Source: Antechinus flavipes
Lineage: Eukaryota
Length of the DNA stretch: 64,000 nucleotides
Reading direction: 5' to 3'
Assembly: GCF_016432865.1 (NCBI RefSeq)
Contig: NC_067401.1
Coordinates: 40,734,001-40,798,000, forward strand
The notes under the pieces were generated by a model that saw nothing but the letters and a program-made list of their open reading frames with translations, was not told the origin of the DNA and made no database searches. The position numbers were made by a program, and so were the translations under genes. This document shows positions 12,901 through 26,772 of the stretch, in pieces. Position 1 is the first letter of the stretch, and each line of letters begins with the position of its first letter.

Positions 12901-14810
12901 CAACAGTTAGCTTTCCATTTCACTGAGCAGAAATCATACAGCTGAGAGCCTACTTTATAGTAAAGAAATGTAGACTTTTTAAGTTTCCAGAAACCCTACT
13001 GTTTTATCCATTCCCTGACAAATCTCACAAGAGACAAATTTTTTATTGATAAGGGGAAGAGGATTGTATGCACATCATCCAAGGAAAGGGAACACTATCA
13101 ATCTTATACATCATGGAATTTCTAACCAGAAGAGACTTTAGTGACATCTAGCCCTTTTGGGGATCAGGCGCAGGTAAGTGACTTGTCCAAAATTTTAGGG
13201 CAGAGAAATTCATAATCCAAATCACAGACTCTGATCTGGATCTAACCATTTTTAATATTTATATCACAACTGTCTCACAGAAATTTTATTCTATTATAAA
13301 ATGCTCTTTTCTTGTTACTTAGACATAGTTTTTGATTTTAAAAGAAACCTGGAAAATATTTGTGGACACCTATGCTGTGGGAGAGTGTTTTGGTTTGGAA
13401 TTGGAATGAGAACAATTCACATGGGATTTTCTTTCAAAACTTTATTTTACAAAAGCAGGCAGGCAAAAGCATGGATAACTAATTGACAATTAGAATCGGG
13501 GAAGAATGCTTATATACCATAAATCTGGCTTAAGCTATGGTTAGAAATTCTAAAATTGATATAGAAATGCAGTGATTATTAGAAACAGTGTCTTTTTTAG
13601 ATAGTAGCCTAGCCACAGAAACTTGTGAACACAGAAATAGTCAAAACATCAATGTGATTATCTGGGTTCAAGGAATTGGGAAGCATTTTTTAGCAGGTCT
13701 AAACATGCTTATATCAGTGATGTTAGAAAATTTTTGTGTTAATAATTTTCATAGGCTATCATGTCCTCTACACCTAAACAGTTTGTGGTATCCAGTTTCA
13801 AGTTGGCATTTGCCAGTCTTCACTGAACCCTCTAGCTGACTGCTTCCCTTGATTTGGATGAGATCATCTTGAAGGAGTCTGTCAACTTTAATATATATAT
13901 ATATAAAATAACTGTAGCATATATCACATGGAGGGATATATTCCTCTATGAGCATTTAATCTGGGTTTCAATTTTCAGTTACAACTCAGGAAAGGAATTT
14001 GTGGCTCCCAGCATTCCATTTCTGGATTTCCTTCCAGAACAGCTCATGTTTCATAACTTTTTACAGTTTACAATGAAGTGCTACTTTCCTTATAAATGTA
14101 TGAAGTAAGCAGTCCACTTTACAGGTAAGGAAGCCGAGACTTAAGAGGTGTGGAAGACTACCTATTGAGTGTGTCAAGAGGGAATTCTTTTTCAGAGAGA
14201 TGTTGTACTAAATGTCCTTTGCTGATTCCCACAGCTCTGAGATTCTATGACTCTGGAAGCCGTCAGCTGAATATTGGCCAGAGTTCATTCCCCTGTACCA
14301 CCTGCTAAGACTTCTTCACGAAACTACAAGCCCTAGTAGCTACTTGCTGTGCCAACTTATAGCAAAGACTTTCCTGCCTGAGTGTGAAGTTCAGCCAAAG
14401 TATTCTGGCCCCCAGAACGACTGCATTCCCATTAGACAACTGAAAAGCTTTGTTGCTTTTAGAGGATTTCTACTCCCCAGGAACAGGTAAAAAGGCATTT
14501 GGGGCATTTTCCCAGTCATGTATTCTCTATACACAGGTGGTAATCTCTGCTGTCTGGGAATTTTTGTAAGCTTTAAGCACCGATTAATTAGCCAAAGATA
14601 TTATACATCATCTGAAAGGGTATTGAACACAATGTGAAAAAAATGTGACTTTCTCTTTACACAAATCCATAACATTCTCCTCAAAGGCAAATTCTGGTTG
14701 CTGCCTGTGCTACCATATTCTCCTGCTGTGTTGCCAAGAGAAGAGCAACTGAAATCATCTAGGTCATGGAAGAATTGTCTCATGAGAAAAGACATTAGAA
14801 GAATTGCATA

Positions 14811-15123
14811 CTCCCCTTTCCCCTCTCCCTCTCCCTTTCCCCTTTCCTTCTCCTCCCTCTCCTTTTTCCCTTTTTCTCTCCTTTCCCCCCTCCCTCTCCC
14901 TCTCTCCTCTCTTTTTTGCCTTTTCCCTCTTCTTTCCTTCTCCTTCTTCCTCTCCCTCTCTCTCTCCTTTCCCTTCTCCTCTCCCTCTTCCTCCCTCTCT
15001 CTCTCCCTCTCTGTTTCTGGTTCTGTCAGCTTCTCTTTCTGTCTGTCTCTGTCTCTCTGTGTCTCTATCTTTGTCCTAGTCTCTGTCTCTTTGTCTCTCC
15101 TTCCCCCTCCCCCCCCCCCCCCC
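14811..15123. repeat. About 310-bp polypyrimidine/polypurine low-complexity tract
   Basis: Almost only C/T on the plus strand; explains several spurious ORFs. Confidence 0.95.
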
Positions 15124-16744
15124 GGCCCCGTTTTGAGGAAGAGAATGATCATGTATAGAGATAATGGAAGGAAGAAATAAGGTTAGATTTGGGGTCTGTG
15201 GCCCTGGGAGCAAATCCTAATTTTGCACCTCAATCTCCATTTGACCTTGTCCAAATCATTTAACTGTTCAGAGCTTCTGTTCTTTCATCTATAAAATTAG
15301 GGTTCTGAGAGGTTCTGAGATTTAGGGTCTAGCCCTAAATCTATGATATTATGATCTTATGGTTGGACATCAAGATTCCAGAATAGAGAGACAAAAATTG
15401 AGACAAAAAAACAAGTCAAGATAGTGGAGATGGGTTTCCTTTTCCTATATGAAACCATAGTACAAAGCAGAACTTAAACTTTTTCCACTCACCATCCCTT
15501 TTCACCCTAGAAATTTTTACATGACCCTGAGTATATAGGTATATAATATAGGCATCAAAATCAAACATTTACTGATAATAAATGATAAAGAGATGTTAAA
15601 AACCCAATTTTGATTGATATGTATATATAAGAAACTTTTATTATTTATTTTAGATGAAAGCAAATTGGTATTCTGATGAGATGGATGTGCTTTTTTATTT
15701 TTACATAAAAAATTAAATCTTGGAGGAATATCTGATACCTTTTACTGATGACAAATTTTTTCCACCCCAACTTTCAGTGTTGTGCCAGTTTCCTTTTATT
15801 GTTCTGCCTTGGTTTCCCCAAATTGTCCTGCCTCAGTTTCCCTGAATTGTTCTGCCTCAATCCCCCTGATTGCAATCCCCCTTTCCTGTTCATTAGGGCT
15901 GAAATAATTAGGGTTGTAGAGATCTGGCCACTCTGGCATTTCAAAAGACAGGGCTCTAGATGTCCTAAATTACATACCTAATTGGTATCCTTTATCTTTA
16001 ACTTCTAGACTTTCTGTCTCTAGTGACTACTCCCCACCCCCCTTCACTCCCATTTTATCAGAATTTATGATTCTGATAAATCATATCAGATTCAGAATAT
16101 CTGAACTTATGTCATTCAGCTCTTCATCTCAACCAAAATTTGATCCACTTCCAGCTCTAATTGATCTATGACTTCAGGAGTGAAGATTTGCTACGTGTCC
16201 ACTGTGTGCAAGGCACTGGCTATAGAAAAAGTGTAAAAATATCCCCATCCTTAAGGAATTTACATCCTTCTGGGGTATGGGTGGAGGATGACATATGTGA
16301 ACACAAGTCTAAGAGTGGAGATTTTCAGGCATGGTCCTTCAAAAAGCAGTCACTGAATCTAAGGGTACCTTCTCTTCACTTCAGATCCCACTTGTTTGTA
16401 GGTGATAATACCGGCCCATTCACCTCTCTGATTTTGTCTTCTAAATTTTTTCTAGCACAATAGCAAACTTTCATGGATAGATTCAATATTCACTCCAAGC
16501 AGTACTATGAGTATGAATATCTACCAAAATTAACCTCTTCACTGGATTATTTCAGTAACGGATACTTGTTACTAGATCAAGTGTTACAAGTATTAATTTC
16601 TCTTTTTATTGTCACATTCATCTATATCTAGATGTCAGACATCTATACCTGTTTGTTGGGAAACCTTTAGGGTTACCAGGAAACAAACTTTAATTTATCA
16701 ATAGTATTGTTCCAGCTATAAGCTTTTCTATTGTACAGTTCAGT

Positions 16745-16925
16745 CTAACTCTCCATGGCCCCATTTGGGGTTTTCTTGGCAAAGATTCTTCTCCATATTA
16801 TTTTACAGATGAGGCAAATAGGATTAGGTGACTTGGGTCATACAGCTAGTAAGTGCCTGAGGCCAGATTTGGACACAGAAAGAAGTCTATTTACTCCAGG
16901 CTTGGGGTTCTATCCACTACAGCAT
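16745..16925 (-). mobile_element. Mar1-type marsupial CORE-SINE
   Basis: CCCCATTTGGGGTTTTCTTGGCAAAGAT tail plus TTTTACAGATGAGG...CAGCTAGTAAGTG core. Confidence 0.75.
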
Positions 16926-17149
16926 GTAACTGTACCAGGTATGGCCAATCAAGTGCTTAATGTTCTGTTTTGTTGTAATTTGGGGGATATGAATATCAAC
17001 AGTCACTTCAGGTCAGTTCAACCTTTATACTATTTTCAAGACACTATGCTTTGAGATGAAGATACATACATGACAATATCACCAGTCTGGTGCTTACCAG
17101 AGCTTACCAGAGCAGGAATAAGAAATTCAAACCAAGAAATAGAATGCAA

Positions 17150-17590
17150 AGGAGTATCATATTGATGTAATCCTGGCTCTAAAACTATGTAACATAATCC
17201 TTATGAACAATGGTTTCAAATGTTTGGTAGAATTCACTTGTAAAACTCTATGGTCCTGATGCTTTTTTCTTAGAAAGCTCATTTATGATCCATTCAATTT
17301 CTTTTTCTAAAACAGGTTTATTTAGATAGTGAAGTATAAAATGGATGATTTTTATTATTTTAAATTTAAAAGGTCTTATAAAAACAAAACCAAGATCAGA
17401 AGGAAAGCAGAAAATTGGAGGAAATTTTTATGGACAGTTTCACAGATCAAGGTCTCATATTTCAAATATTTAAAGAACTTTATTGAATTATAAGAATCTC
17501 AGTCATTCCCCCCCACCCAAAAAAAAAAAAAATTGGTCAAAGTATATGCACAGACAGTTTTCTGGTGAAGAAATAACAATTTATAGGGTT
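17150..17590. mobile_element. Two old L1 ORF2 fragments in opposite orientation
   Basis: Minus-strand L1-like piece at about 17150-17330 abuts a plus-strand piece at about 17335-17590. Confidence 0.5.
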
Positions 17591-18951
17591 GTATAGGCTG
17601 CTACCTATTTCACTTTTTTTTTTTAAAGCTGCTTATTGTAATCATGAGGCACCCAGGTGTCAAAGTGGACAGAGGCCTAGTGTCAGAAAAACTTGCCTAC
17701 AGATAGTTACTAGGTGTGTGATCCTGATCAAGTTAAATAACTTTTGTTTGCTTCATATTCCTCGTCTGTAATATCTGTAAACCCTGCCTGTCGGGGTTGA
17801 AATGAGGATCAAATAAGATAAAAACAAAAAGCTATACAAATGCTACTTATTATTATTTATATAGTCCCAGGATTAAAGAAAGAAGGGAAATTATCCTATA
17901 TTTTACCATCTTGATGGAATTAAAAGTTTTATTAGTAACCTTAGAGACATACATAAAAATAAGGTATGGGAGGGTTTGTTTGATGTATAGTTCTTCACTC
18001 CATGAGGGAGCAGTGAGATTGGCTGGAACAAAAACAGAGACTTTATTTAGAAAAATAATGAGTCTAAGCTAACACAGAATCTTCCTGGGATCTTAAAGAT
18101 CTTAAAGACTTTATCTGGGAAGAGATACAAAAGTATGATTGTTTCCATAGTTCAACAGGAACAAATTAGTAATTAAAGGGAAAGTCTGGTGATATGGTGA
18201 TAAAATACAGAACACAGTAAATGTCTATATTTTTTATTCTTTCTCTTTTCTGATCTTTCCCACACAATGCCCCCAAATTGATATGTCTAAAATATCTGTG
18301 ACCAATGTACTTTCCCTTTCCAAAACTTGTCATTGACTCCTTTTTGCTTCTATAATACAGATAAAATTATCATCCTAGCATTTAAGGCCCTCTAAGACCC
18401 CCCATACCCTTCCAATATTACTCCCCTTTATGTCTCTTTATTTTAGCCAATAAGAATACTTGTCCTTTATACACAAAATTCTACATTCCGTATTCCATTT
18501 TCTCTAAGTTTGCCTAAGCAGTCCCCCATATCTACAATGAACTTCCTCCCAGCCTGTGTCTCTAACATACAGTTTAGGGGCAACTTCCTACCACAGGATG
18601 TTGTTAGTCATCTCCTTGTATCTTTTTTGATAAATAGCTCTGTGTTTGTTTATGTATTACTTTTCCTTTACCTAGCTTTCAAAAGTTGTGAAGGAAGTAA
18701 CAAATATGTGGTGCAACAAGCACTTTTCTTGGGTGGTGGCAGCTTTTGTGTTAATAGCCAATAGTAAGGAATGAGTAGTATCTCCTTTTTTGCATAACTC
18801 TTATTGGTAATTGGAGTGCTATCAAATCAGAATGCAAACTGACAGGTTCCTCAATTTGCAGAGAAATTCAATAAATGAATCTTCAATAGTTTTGAACTTA
18901 ATATATCCATATTACTTATAAATCCGTGAGAAACTTCTTCCATAATACTAG

Positions 18952-21900
18952 TGTTAAAAGAAACTATGAATGTTTATGTTAATATAGATCACTTGTTCTT
19001 CACAGGAAATTTCTATTTTCATAATGTAATTATCAAATTGAACCCAGTAGGATTGGGGAGACATCCCAAATGGAAGACCAAGCTGCACTATTCACTGCTT
19101 CCCCCAGTTGCAAGCTAGTCCAGGAGTAGATTTTCAATCAACTCTCTTAGAGGGTAGAGAAAAATCCTTTGTCTAGAAATTCATGTGAGGAGATGGTGTG
19201 ATCCAAATGAGACACACCAAAGACAGGAAGGAGAGCGAGCTTTATACTGCTAGTCCTGTTTTTTTTTACTCCTCTCTTCAAAGCTCAGATTGGTCTGAGT
19301 TACAATCCCAGTTAAAATTGGTCAGATTTACAATCCTGTTTATCTGCCCATTCCATAGTCAGAAAATGGTAGCTCTCTCCTCCCCCAGATGTGTCAGTTA
19401 ATATGTATGAGGTTCATTAAGCACGAGTTCTTGGCAAAAAGTTTCTTGGCTCACAAGGTGATAGGTTGGAGATATCTTAAAATATTTCATATCCACCTCC
19501 TCCATCCTGTTTTGCAATGTTTCTGGAAATCTGTCAGCATTTCTTACAATTCTCCCATTTTTTCTTAATAAGGATTTAGTTTCCACATCATTTCTGTTGC
19601 CCCTTCTTCAAACCTTTTTTAACATCAATTCACATTCCTCGCCACTAGTGGGACTACTAATCCTTTCTACTACTATTTTGACTCCTCCATTACCAGATAC
19701 GTGTATCAGCCTTGTCAATTGACTATTCTGCAATTTAGGTTATTTATTGAATCATGAAAGGAAGATATATGGCAGCAAGATCACCCCACTCAGGACCAAC
19801 AATATGATTCTCAATAGTTGTCTCCACCATGACTCTGTAAACCAGCTCATTTAGGAGATATCAAATGGGCCAATCCAGATTTCCATAGGGATATGGTCCA
19901 GTTTTCTTCTACTTTGTGTAATTCCCTTTACCATTGTCATCTATTTTTATAAGCATTTTGATAAATTCAATTTACCACATACTCCTCCTTCTTCTGTTAA
20001 CAAATAATCTAGTACTAATCTAAGCTGAATGACTACTTCCCTAGTCTAGGTAGCCTGATCAGCTAGTAAATCTAAAGTTCTTGTAGTTTGATTAATGATA
20101 ATCTCCACCACTGCCTGAGATCTTATAAACCTATTAAGTATGTAAACTGGATTTCTATAATCCCAATTCTCATTTTGTGTCCAAGTGGCTAGTCCATAAA
20201 TTTGAAATGTTCTCTCTAGGGGCCAGGTATCTCCTCAACCATTAGCATCATTGGTATTGGTAAATGAGTTATCAAAACTCATCTTTCTCCCTGTTTAAAT
20301 CATAATATAACTGTATTCCCAGATGATCTCTTCCCTGCTCAGGCAAGAAGAACTTGGAACTTAGAACTGACTATATATAACAGATAACAATATAACAGTT
20401 TCCTAACCAGTTTACCAGCAAGTGAGGATATTCATATTCTACTTCCCTACTCTATGTTTACTCATACTCACTTCTCCTAAGTTATCTCCTCCTCCTGTCT
20501 AGTTCAAGCAATACTTGCCCTGAACTGATCCTATCAAATGCCATTGATGTTTTTCCAGACTGGACCAGAACCCTGTACTTCTGACTAGTTACTAAGAATC
20601 CAGGGTGCATTCAAAGTTTCAGTTACCCAGGGTCATCTCTCAAGCTGTTATGAAACACTACAAATCCAGCAATTGGTCACAGTGAATGATTTGGCAATTA
20701 CTTCTATCAGTTGTACTTATTTTCCTCCTCAAGGGAATTGGGACTCCAGAGATTAATACAACCAGAGTAAGCAGGACAATGGGAGTATATTTGGTTCTCA
20801 TTTTCCCCTAGCTTATCCTAGCTTTTCCAAATTTTACTAGATAAAGAAAGTAAACATATTTCCCCTTCCCTCACTAAGTGTGTGGTTGCCCAAGAGGGCA
20901 AACATACAAATACAAACAAAAGTATTCCATATAATACAAACATTGTACCAAATGTCAGCCCAAAGAAGGTCAACCCTAAATCAACAGTTATTTGTTTTTT
21001 TCTTGTGGAGGATGTCCCTTTACCTTGGTGTGAGTAGTTTATTCCTTTTTCAGTAGTTTTTACAGCAATTTCTATAATCAGCAATATCTGATAAAGTCAG
21101 ATACAATTTTTCTTTTTCCAAGTCTTTATGAACATCCAGTTACATGGCTTGAAAGGACAAGTAGCATATTTAAGCAGTGGGTCTATGCAAGCAAGCCTTT
21201 ATGATAAAGTTCTGAAAGGGAGGGTGATAATGCCAGCATATAAGACCTTAAAAATCTATCTTTACTATCAAAAGTGGAAAGTTCAGTGTTTCTACCCATG
21301 TATGGCAACCCATATAGCACTGCATAAGGGGACAGTCCTGTGATCAGTCCTTACAGAGTTATTGGCAGGTATTTGGCCCAAGGCAGTTGGATTTCCAATC
21401 CTAATTTTGACCATTGCCTTTTAAGATTCTTATTCATTCTCTCCATCCTTCCTGAGGATGGGGTGCCATGAGGTACAATATTCCCAAGGAATATCCAGGC
21501 TGGGCATACTGTTTTATGGAACTCAGGATATAAAATGAGTCCTGTTGTCTGAGTCAATTCTTTCTACTAACCCAAATTTAGGAATTATTTGTTTTTAAAT
21601 CATCTTGCTCACCCTTGAAGTAGCAGCAGAATTCAAGGAATAAGCTTCAAATACCCTGTCAGGTGATCTTCCACAATCTCCCTTCTGATGTTCATGTATA
21701 TGGGCTATTGCAATTTCAGAGAGAAGTAATAAATCTCCTAATGTCATATGAGAGAAACTGAGGCAAACAGAGACTGATTTTTAATCGTTGATGTGGAGTT
21801 TAAGCTAGCTGACCAGATGGGACCCTTGTTGAAAGCATTCCGTGCAGATAAACCAAGGCAGGGAAGTTTATATATAGAGAGAGAGAGTTTTAGCTAACTA

Positions 21901-24740
21901 GGTTTTGGAAACAATACATAGTCTGAATATACAGTCTTGATCACAAAATAGAAAATTTTGATTACATCAAATTAAAAAGCCTTCGTACAAACAAAACTAA
22001 TGCAAACAAGATTAGAAGGGAAGCAACAAACTGGGAAAACATTTTCACAGTTAAAGGTTCTGATAAAGGCCTCATTTCCAAAATATATAGAGAACTGACT
22101 CAAATTTATAAGAAATCAAGCCATTCTCCAATTAATAAATGGTCAAAGGATATGAACAGACAATTTTCAGAGGATGAAATTGAAACTATTACCACTCATA
22201 TGAAAGAGTGTTCCAAATCATTATTGATCAGAGAAATGCAAATTAAGACAACTCTGAGATACCACTACACACCTGTCAGATTGGCTAAGATGACAGGAAA
22301 AAATAATGATGAATGTTGGAGGGGATGCGGGGAAACTGGGACACTAATGCATTGTTGGTGGAGTTGTGAACGAATCCAACCATTCTGGAGAGCAATCTGG
22401 AATTATGCCCCAAAAATTATCAAATTGTGCATACCCTTTGATCCAGCAGTGTTTCTATTGGGCTTATATCCCAAAGAAATACTAAAGAAGGGAAAGGGAC
22501 CTGTATGTGCCAAAATGTTTGTAGCAGCCCTGTTTGTAGTGGCTAGAAACTGGAAAATGAATGGATGCCCATCAATTGGAGAATGGCTGGGTAAATTGTG
22601 GTATATGAATGTTATGGAATATTATTGTTCTGTAAGAAATGACCAGCAGGATGAATACAGAGAGGACTGGCAAGACTTACATGAACTGATGCTGAGTGAA
22701 ATGAGCAGAACCAGGAGATCATTATACACTTCGACAACGATATTGTATGAGGACATATTTTGATGGAAGTGGATTTCTTTGACAAAGAGACCTAACTGAG
22801 TTTCAATTGATAAATGACGGACAAAAGCAGCTACACCCAAAGAAAGAACACTGGGAAACGAATGTGAACTATCTGCATTTTTGTTTTTCTTCCCGGGTTA
22901 TTTATACCTTCTGAATCCAATTCTCCCTATGCAACAAGAGAACTGTTCGGTTCTGCAAACATATATTGTATCTAGGATATACTGCAACATATCCAACATA
23001 TAAAGGACTGCTTGCCATCTAGGGGAGGGGGTGGAGGGAGGGAGGGGAAAAAAATCGGAACAGAAACGAGTGCAAGGGATAATGTTGTAAAAAAAAAAAA
23101 AATTATCCTGGCATGGATTCTGTCAATATAAAGTAATTATTAAATAAAAATTTTAAAAAATGAATATACAGTCTTATAGAGGAAACAAAGACAGATAAGA
23201 GGGGCAAGGATACTGGGAAAACAGACAAGCCATAATCCCAGAAAAGGATCATAACTTTATCTTGATAGGATAGGGGTCCTGTCATGAGGCAATACTTAAA
23301 AGGAGGGGGAATTATCCTAGCAAGAATGGAGATAATGGACCTGGATTTTATGACACAATGGTAGGTAAAGGTGGTTGGAGCTTCAAGGATTTTCCTGGGC
23401 TCTTTTTAAAAACTTAATTCTTCCAGTCTTAATGGCAAAGAAGAGGGTGGAGTAGGGGTGGCTATAACCCATTATCCAGCACTCAACACCAACACTTGCT
23501 TAATCAGCTCTCCATGGACTAGTTCCTTCCCTTTGCTGTTAATCAGTTCCCTTCTTCCCATTTTTTCAATAGTATGTACCCTACCATAAGCATATTTAGA
23601 GTCAGTGTAGAAAATCTCAACCTCTTCTTTTAGGGCCTTAAGTACATGACTTAGAGAATACCACTTACATGTTTGAGTGGATTATTGTTTTGGCAAGACC
23701 TCTAATCCTATCACTTGCCAAGTTTCCCCATCTATTATTGTATAGCTGTTTTTATACTTTCCTTCCACCACCTTGGAAGACCCATCAACAAACAATCTTC
23801 TCCTGTTTTGAAAGGAGTATCCTTTAAATCCTGCCTCACTTTAGTTTGAAAGTTCATCAGATCCAAACAATCATGCTCTAGCTCATTTTGACTCATCCTT
23901 TCTTTTTGCAGAAGAGCTGCAGATTGACATCATTATCAATGACCATCCTTTTCCATTAATATAGCCTCCTATTTTAAGATCCTTGAATCAGTCAACCAGC
24001 TCCCTGCCTTTTTGTTTAGGATTGTCCTAACTTGGGGGGTAATACTTCCCCAAACAATATTTTCTACTCTTTCCTACTAATATGGCTGTGGCTGCTATAA
24101 CTTGGACACATTTGGGCCATCGCTGAAACACTGGGTTGTAGTGATTTTGACAAGGCCACTGGCTGCCTTTGTCTGGTCCACAACTGAGTTGTGAGTCACA
24201 ACTCTCCCTTATCTACAATGACAAACAGATAAAATGGTTTGTCTGGAGCAAGGAGGGCCAGGACTGGAGCAGTCATGAGGATGTGCTCCAATTTGAACAC
24301 CTTTTTCTTGCATCTTTCTATGTTAGGGCCTCAGGTTCTTCTGCTAATAATTTCTTATATAATCCTTTAGTCATTTGAGCATGAGTCTATCCATAATCTG
24401 CAATACCCAATCAATCCCAGGAATTTCCTAAACTTCTGCTTAGTTGGGGTAAGGGAAGGTGAATAATTCTTTGAACTTGCTCAGGGCTGGTTTTCCTTGT
24501 TCTTTCAATGATTAAATATCTAAACCAAATACCTAACCTCTTTCTCCACAAATTGTAATTTTTTAGGTGAAACTTTCAAACCGTGGGTGCCCCAAAAGTT
24601 CAATAATGCACGTCTTTCCTTTTCTTTCCAGACAAAAGGAGATCATTCATATGTTGTAACATATGTTGTTTCCAAGGGGAACTGGGAATAACTCCAATAT
24701 CCTTTCCAAAAGGTGCTAAAGATCCTTCATCCTTCATCCT
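18952..24740 (-). mobile_element. Class I (gamma-like) ERV copy 1b: RT C-terminal half, RNase H, integrase, env, PPT and 3' LTR; decayed
   Basis: RT QHMNDLLLSG...FLGLIGYCRLW (about 24400-24700); IN SSGRMERMNKNLKRQ (about 21350-21560); [26 protein letters not shown] (about 19975-20022); LTR about 18952-19590 with two CCAAT and TATAAA. Confidence 0.85.
21939..23160 (+). mobile_element. Young 5'-truncated LINE-1 inserted in ERV 1b pol
   Basis: ORF2 C-terminus is open across 21939-22763 (CWRGCGETGTLMHCWWSC knuckle); 3' UTR and A tail; perfect 15-bp TSD TGAATATACAGTCTT (21924-21938 / 23161-23175). Confidence 0.97.
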
Positions 24741-24789
24741 GGTGCTGAAGAGTGAGATTCCTTAGGGTTCATCCCTTGTGGTTGTAGGT

Positions 24790-26772
24790 ACTGGTTCTCA
24801 TCCTTGCCCTTTTAAAATCATCAGTCTAATTCCTTGCATAGTTTTTATCTTTAATCTGATCATTTTGGCGATGGCAGTTTGCACTATATTCGTGATCAAT
24901 TTGATCATGCATGGGAGGCACATAGGAATCAATACAATTCCACTAATGGCTACAAGCAGGAACCACAAGGCCTGTTTCCACCAACTATCTCCAAATCAGG
25001 ACCATCAAGACATATTAAAAGATGACTGCCAAGTTTGTACAGGGACCCGTGCTAACTTCCGAATGTCTTGCATAATTTCTTTTACCACAGCCCTGTTATT
25101 GTCTATTCTCATGCAACAATTGGATAAGTTGAGTTTCTATATATACCTCCTTCCTCAGCTAAGAGATAGTCTAATACTAATCTATGTGGTAATACTGCCT
25201 TTCAGGTCTGAGTGGTTTTGGTCAGCCAACAAGTCAAGAGCCTTAGCTGTTTGGTTGGTGATAACTTCAACTACTGCCTGGAGCCTAATTATCCTATTTA
25301 GCATATATATAGGGGTCCTATATCCCCACCTTCTATCTTGAGCCCAAGTTGCAGCCCCATAGGTCTTAATGATTCTCTCAGGTGGCCACATCCATTAGCT
25401 TCTCCAGATTGAGTAATAAAGGTATCTATGTTCCTTCTAGGCCTGTCCAATTCCTCATTTAGTGGAACACCCAGTTGATTTCCAGGTAGAATTTCTCAGG
25501 TAGAAAAAAAGATTCTTTGTCTAACTAGCCCAATATAAAGACTCCGGTCCAATTTAATGGGAGGTGTGTGTAAGCTGTCTCCCCACAAATCCAATAATGC
25601 CCTTTCAAGGCAAGGGAAATATATAGGTAGATTCTCATTACCTAAAAATTCAGATAAATGGCTAACACTGCTATTCTTGAACCAGAAGCACTTCTACAAC
25701 CCAAACCTTTCAGCTGATGTATCCTATTGGACCCCTCTAGACAATCCAGGGCCTTGTATCATTCTGGGTAGAATTACACTGCAAACAGGTGTTGTGATTT
25801 GAGCTATTCAGGCAGAGAAGTTTGGCCAAGAAGCACAGATTTGTGTTCTACCACTGCTCCATAGATCCACTCACATTTACTAACTTCAATCAGATTTTCC
25901 TTTCCTCCTTGCTTTAAGCAATATTCTCCTCATTCTTCAACTGCTAACTCTTGGTAATGTCTTTCTTTAGCTCCCAGAATCCAGTGCCATTATGAATTAA
26001 AGAAAAATTGCTTAGTAACCACTCAGGTCTGAGAGGTATGGGACCAAGTTGGGGCTCTCCACAGATCCAGCAATCGGTTACATTAAAAGTACTAGCAATA
26101 GTTTGTATTAGAATCTGAAAGGTGTTGCCCTCCCATGGTGCACCAGGAATCAGCCTAGAGGAGATCAGCAGGTAGAATACCAGTAAAGTCAAAAACGCCA
26201 ATGATCCCTCCTCCCATCCCCTCCCTCCTCTCCTCCCCCCCCCCCCCATCACAAAGGATCTTATTTTATCTAAATCCAGTTATAGTGCCCCAGATTAACA
26301 CACAAGGTATTCATTAATTTTCCTTCAGACCCACCTCAGGTGGACACAGAGTCTATCTGTGGGCTCAGGATCTACTATCCATTCTTCCGTAGAAGAAACT
26401 GGTCCTTTTATCAGGGTGTGATGAATCCAACCGTGTTACTACTGTGTTCTTACAGCAATGTCTGAGGTCAAAAGGACTTGGAAGGGTCCTTCCCAGGTTG
26501 GGGTCAATTTTTCCTCCTCCCAGGTTTGAATCAGGATCCAGTCTCCAGGCTGGTATTTGTATACAGCAAATTCTAAAGTAGGGTCTGAGCAATAAGTCCT
26601 TTTAATTACAGTTCATGTAAATGCTTAACAAGTCGTAAAATATATTTTCTAATAAACAAGTCTTTGGTGTCCCATACAGGTTCTATACTTCTTTGTCTTC
26701 TTCCTCCAGGATATGAATGTCCACATAGGAGTTCATAAGGTGACAATCTGATATCCCTCCGAGGTTTAGTCC
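24790..26772 (-). mobile_element. Class I ERV copy 1a, 3' part: integrase C-terminus and ERV3/HERV-R-like env; decayed
   Basis: IN PGDWILIQTWEEEKLTPTWEGPFQVLLT; SU start with CWIC (25944-26252); [23 protein letters not shown] and [13 protein letters not shown] (25141-25183). Confidence 0.88.

Noticed and set aside
14601-15180. 160-183-aa ORFs
   Set aside because: Translations of the CT/GA low-complexity tract
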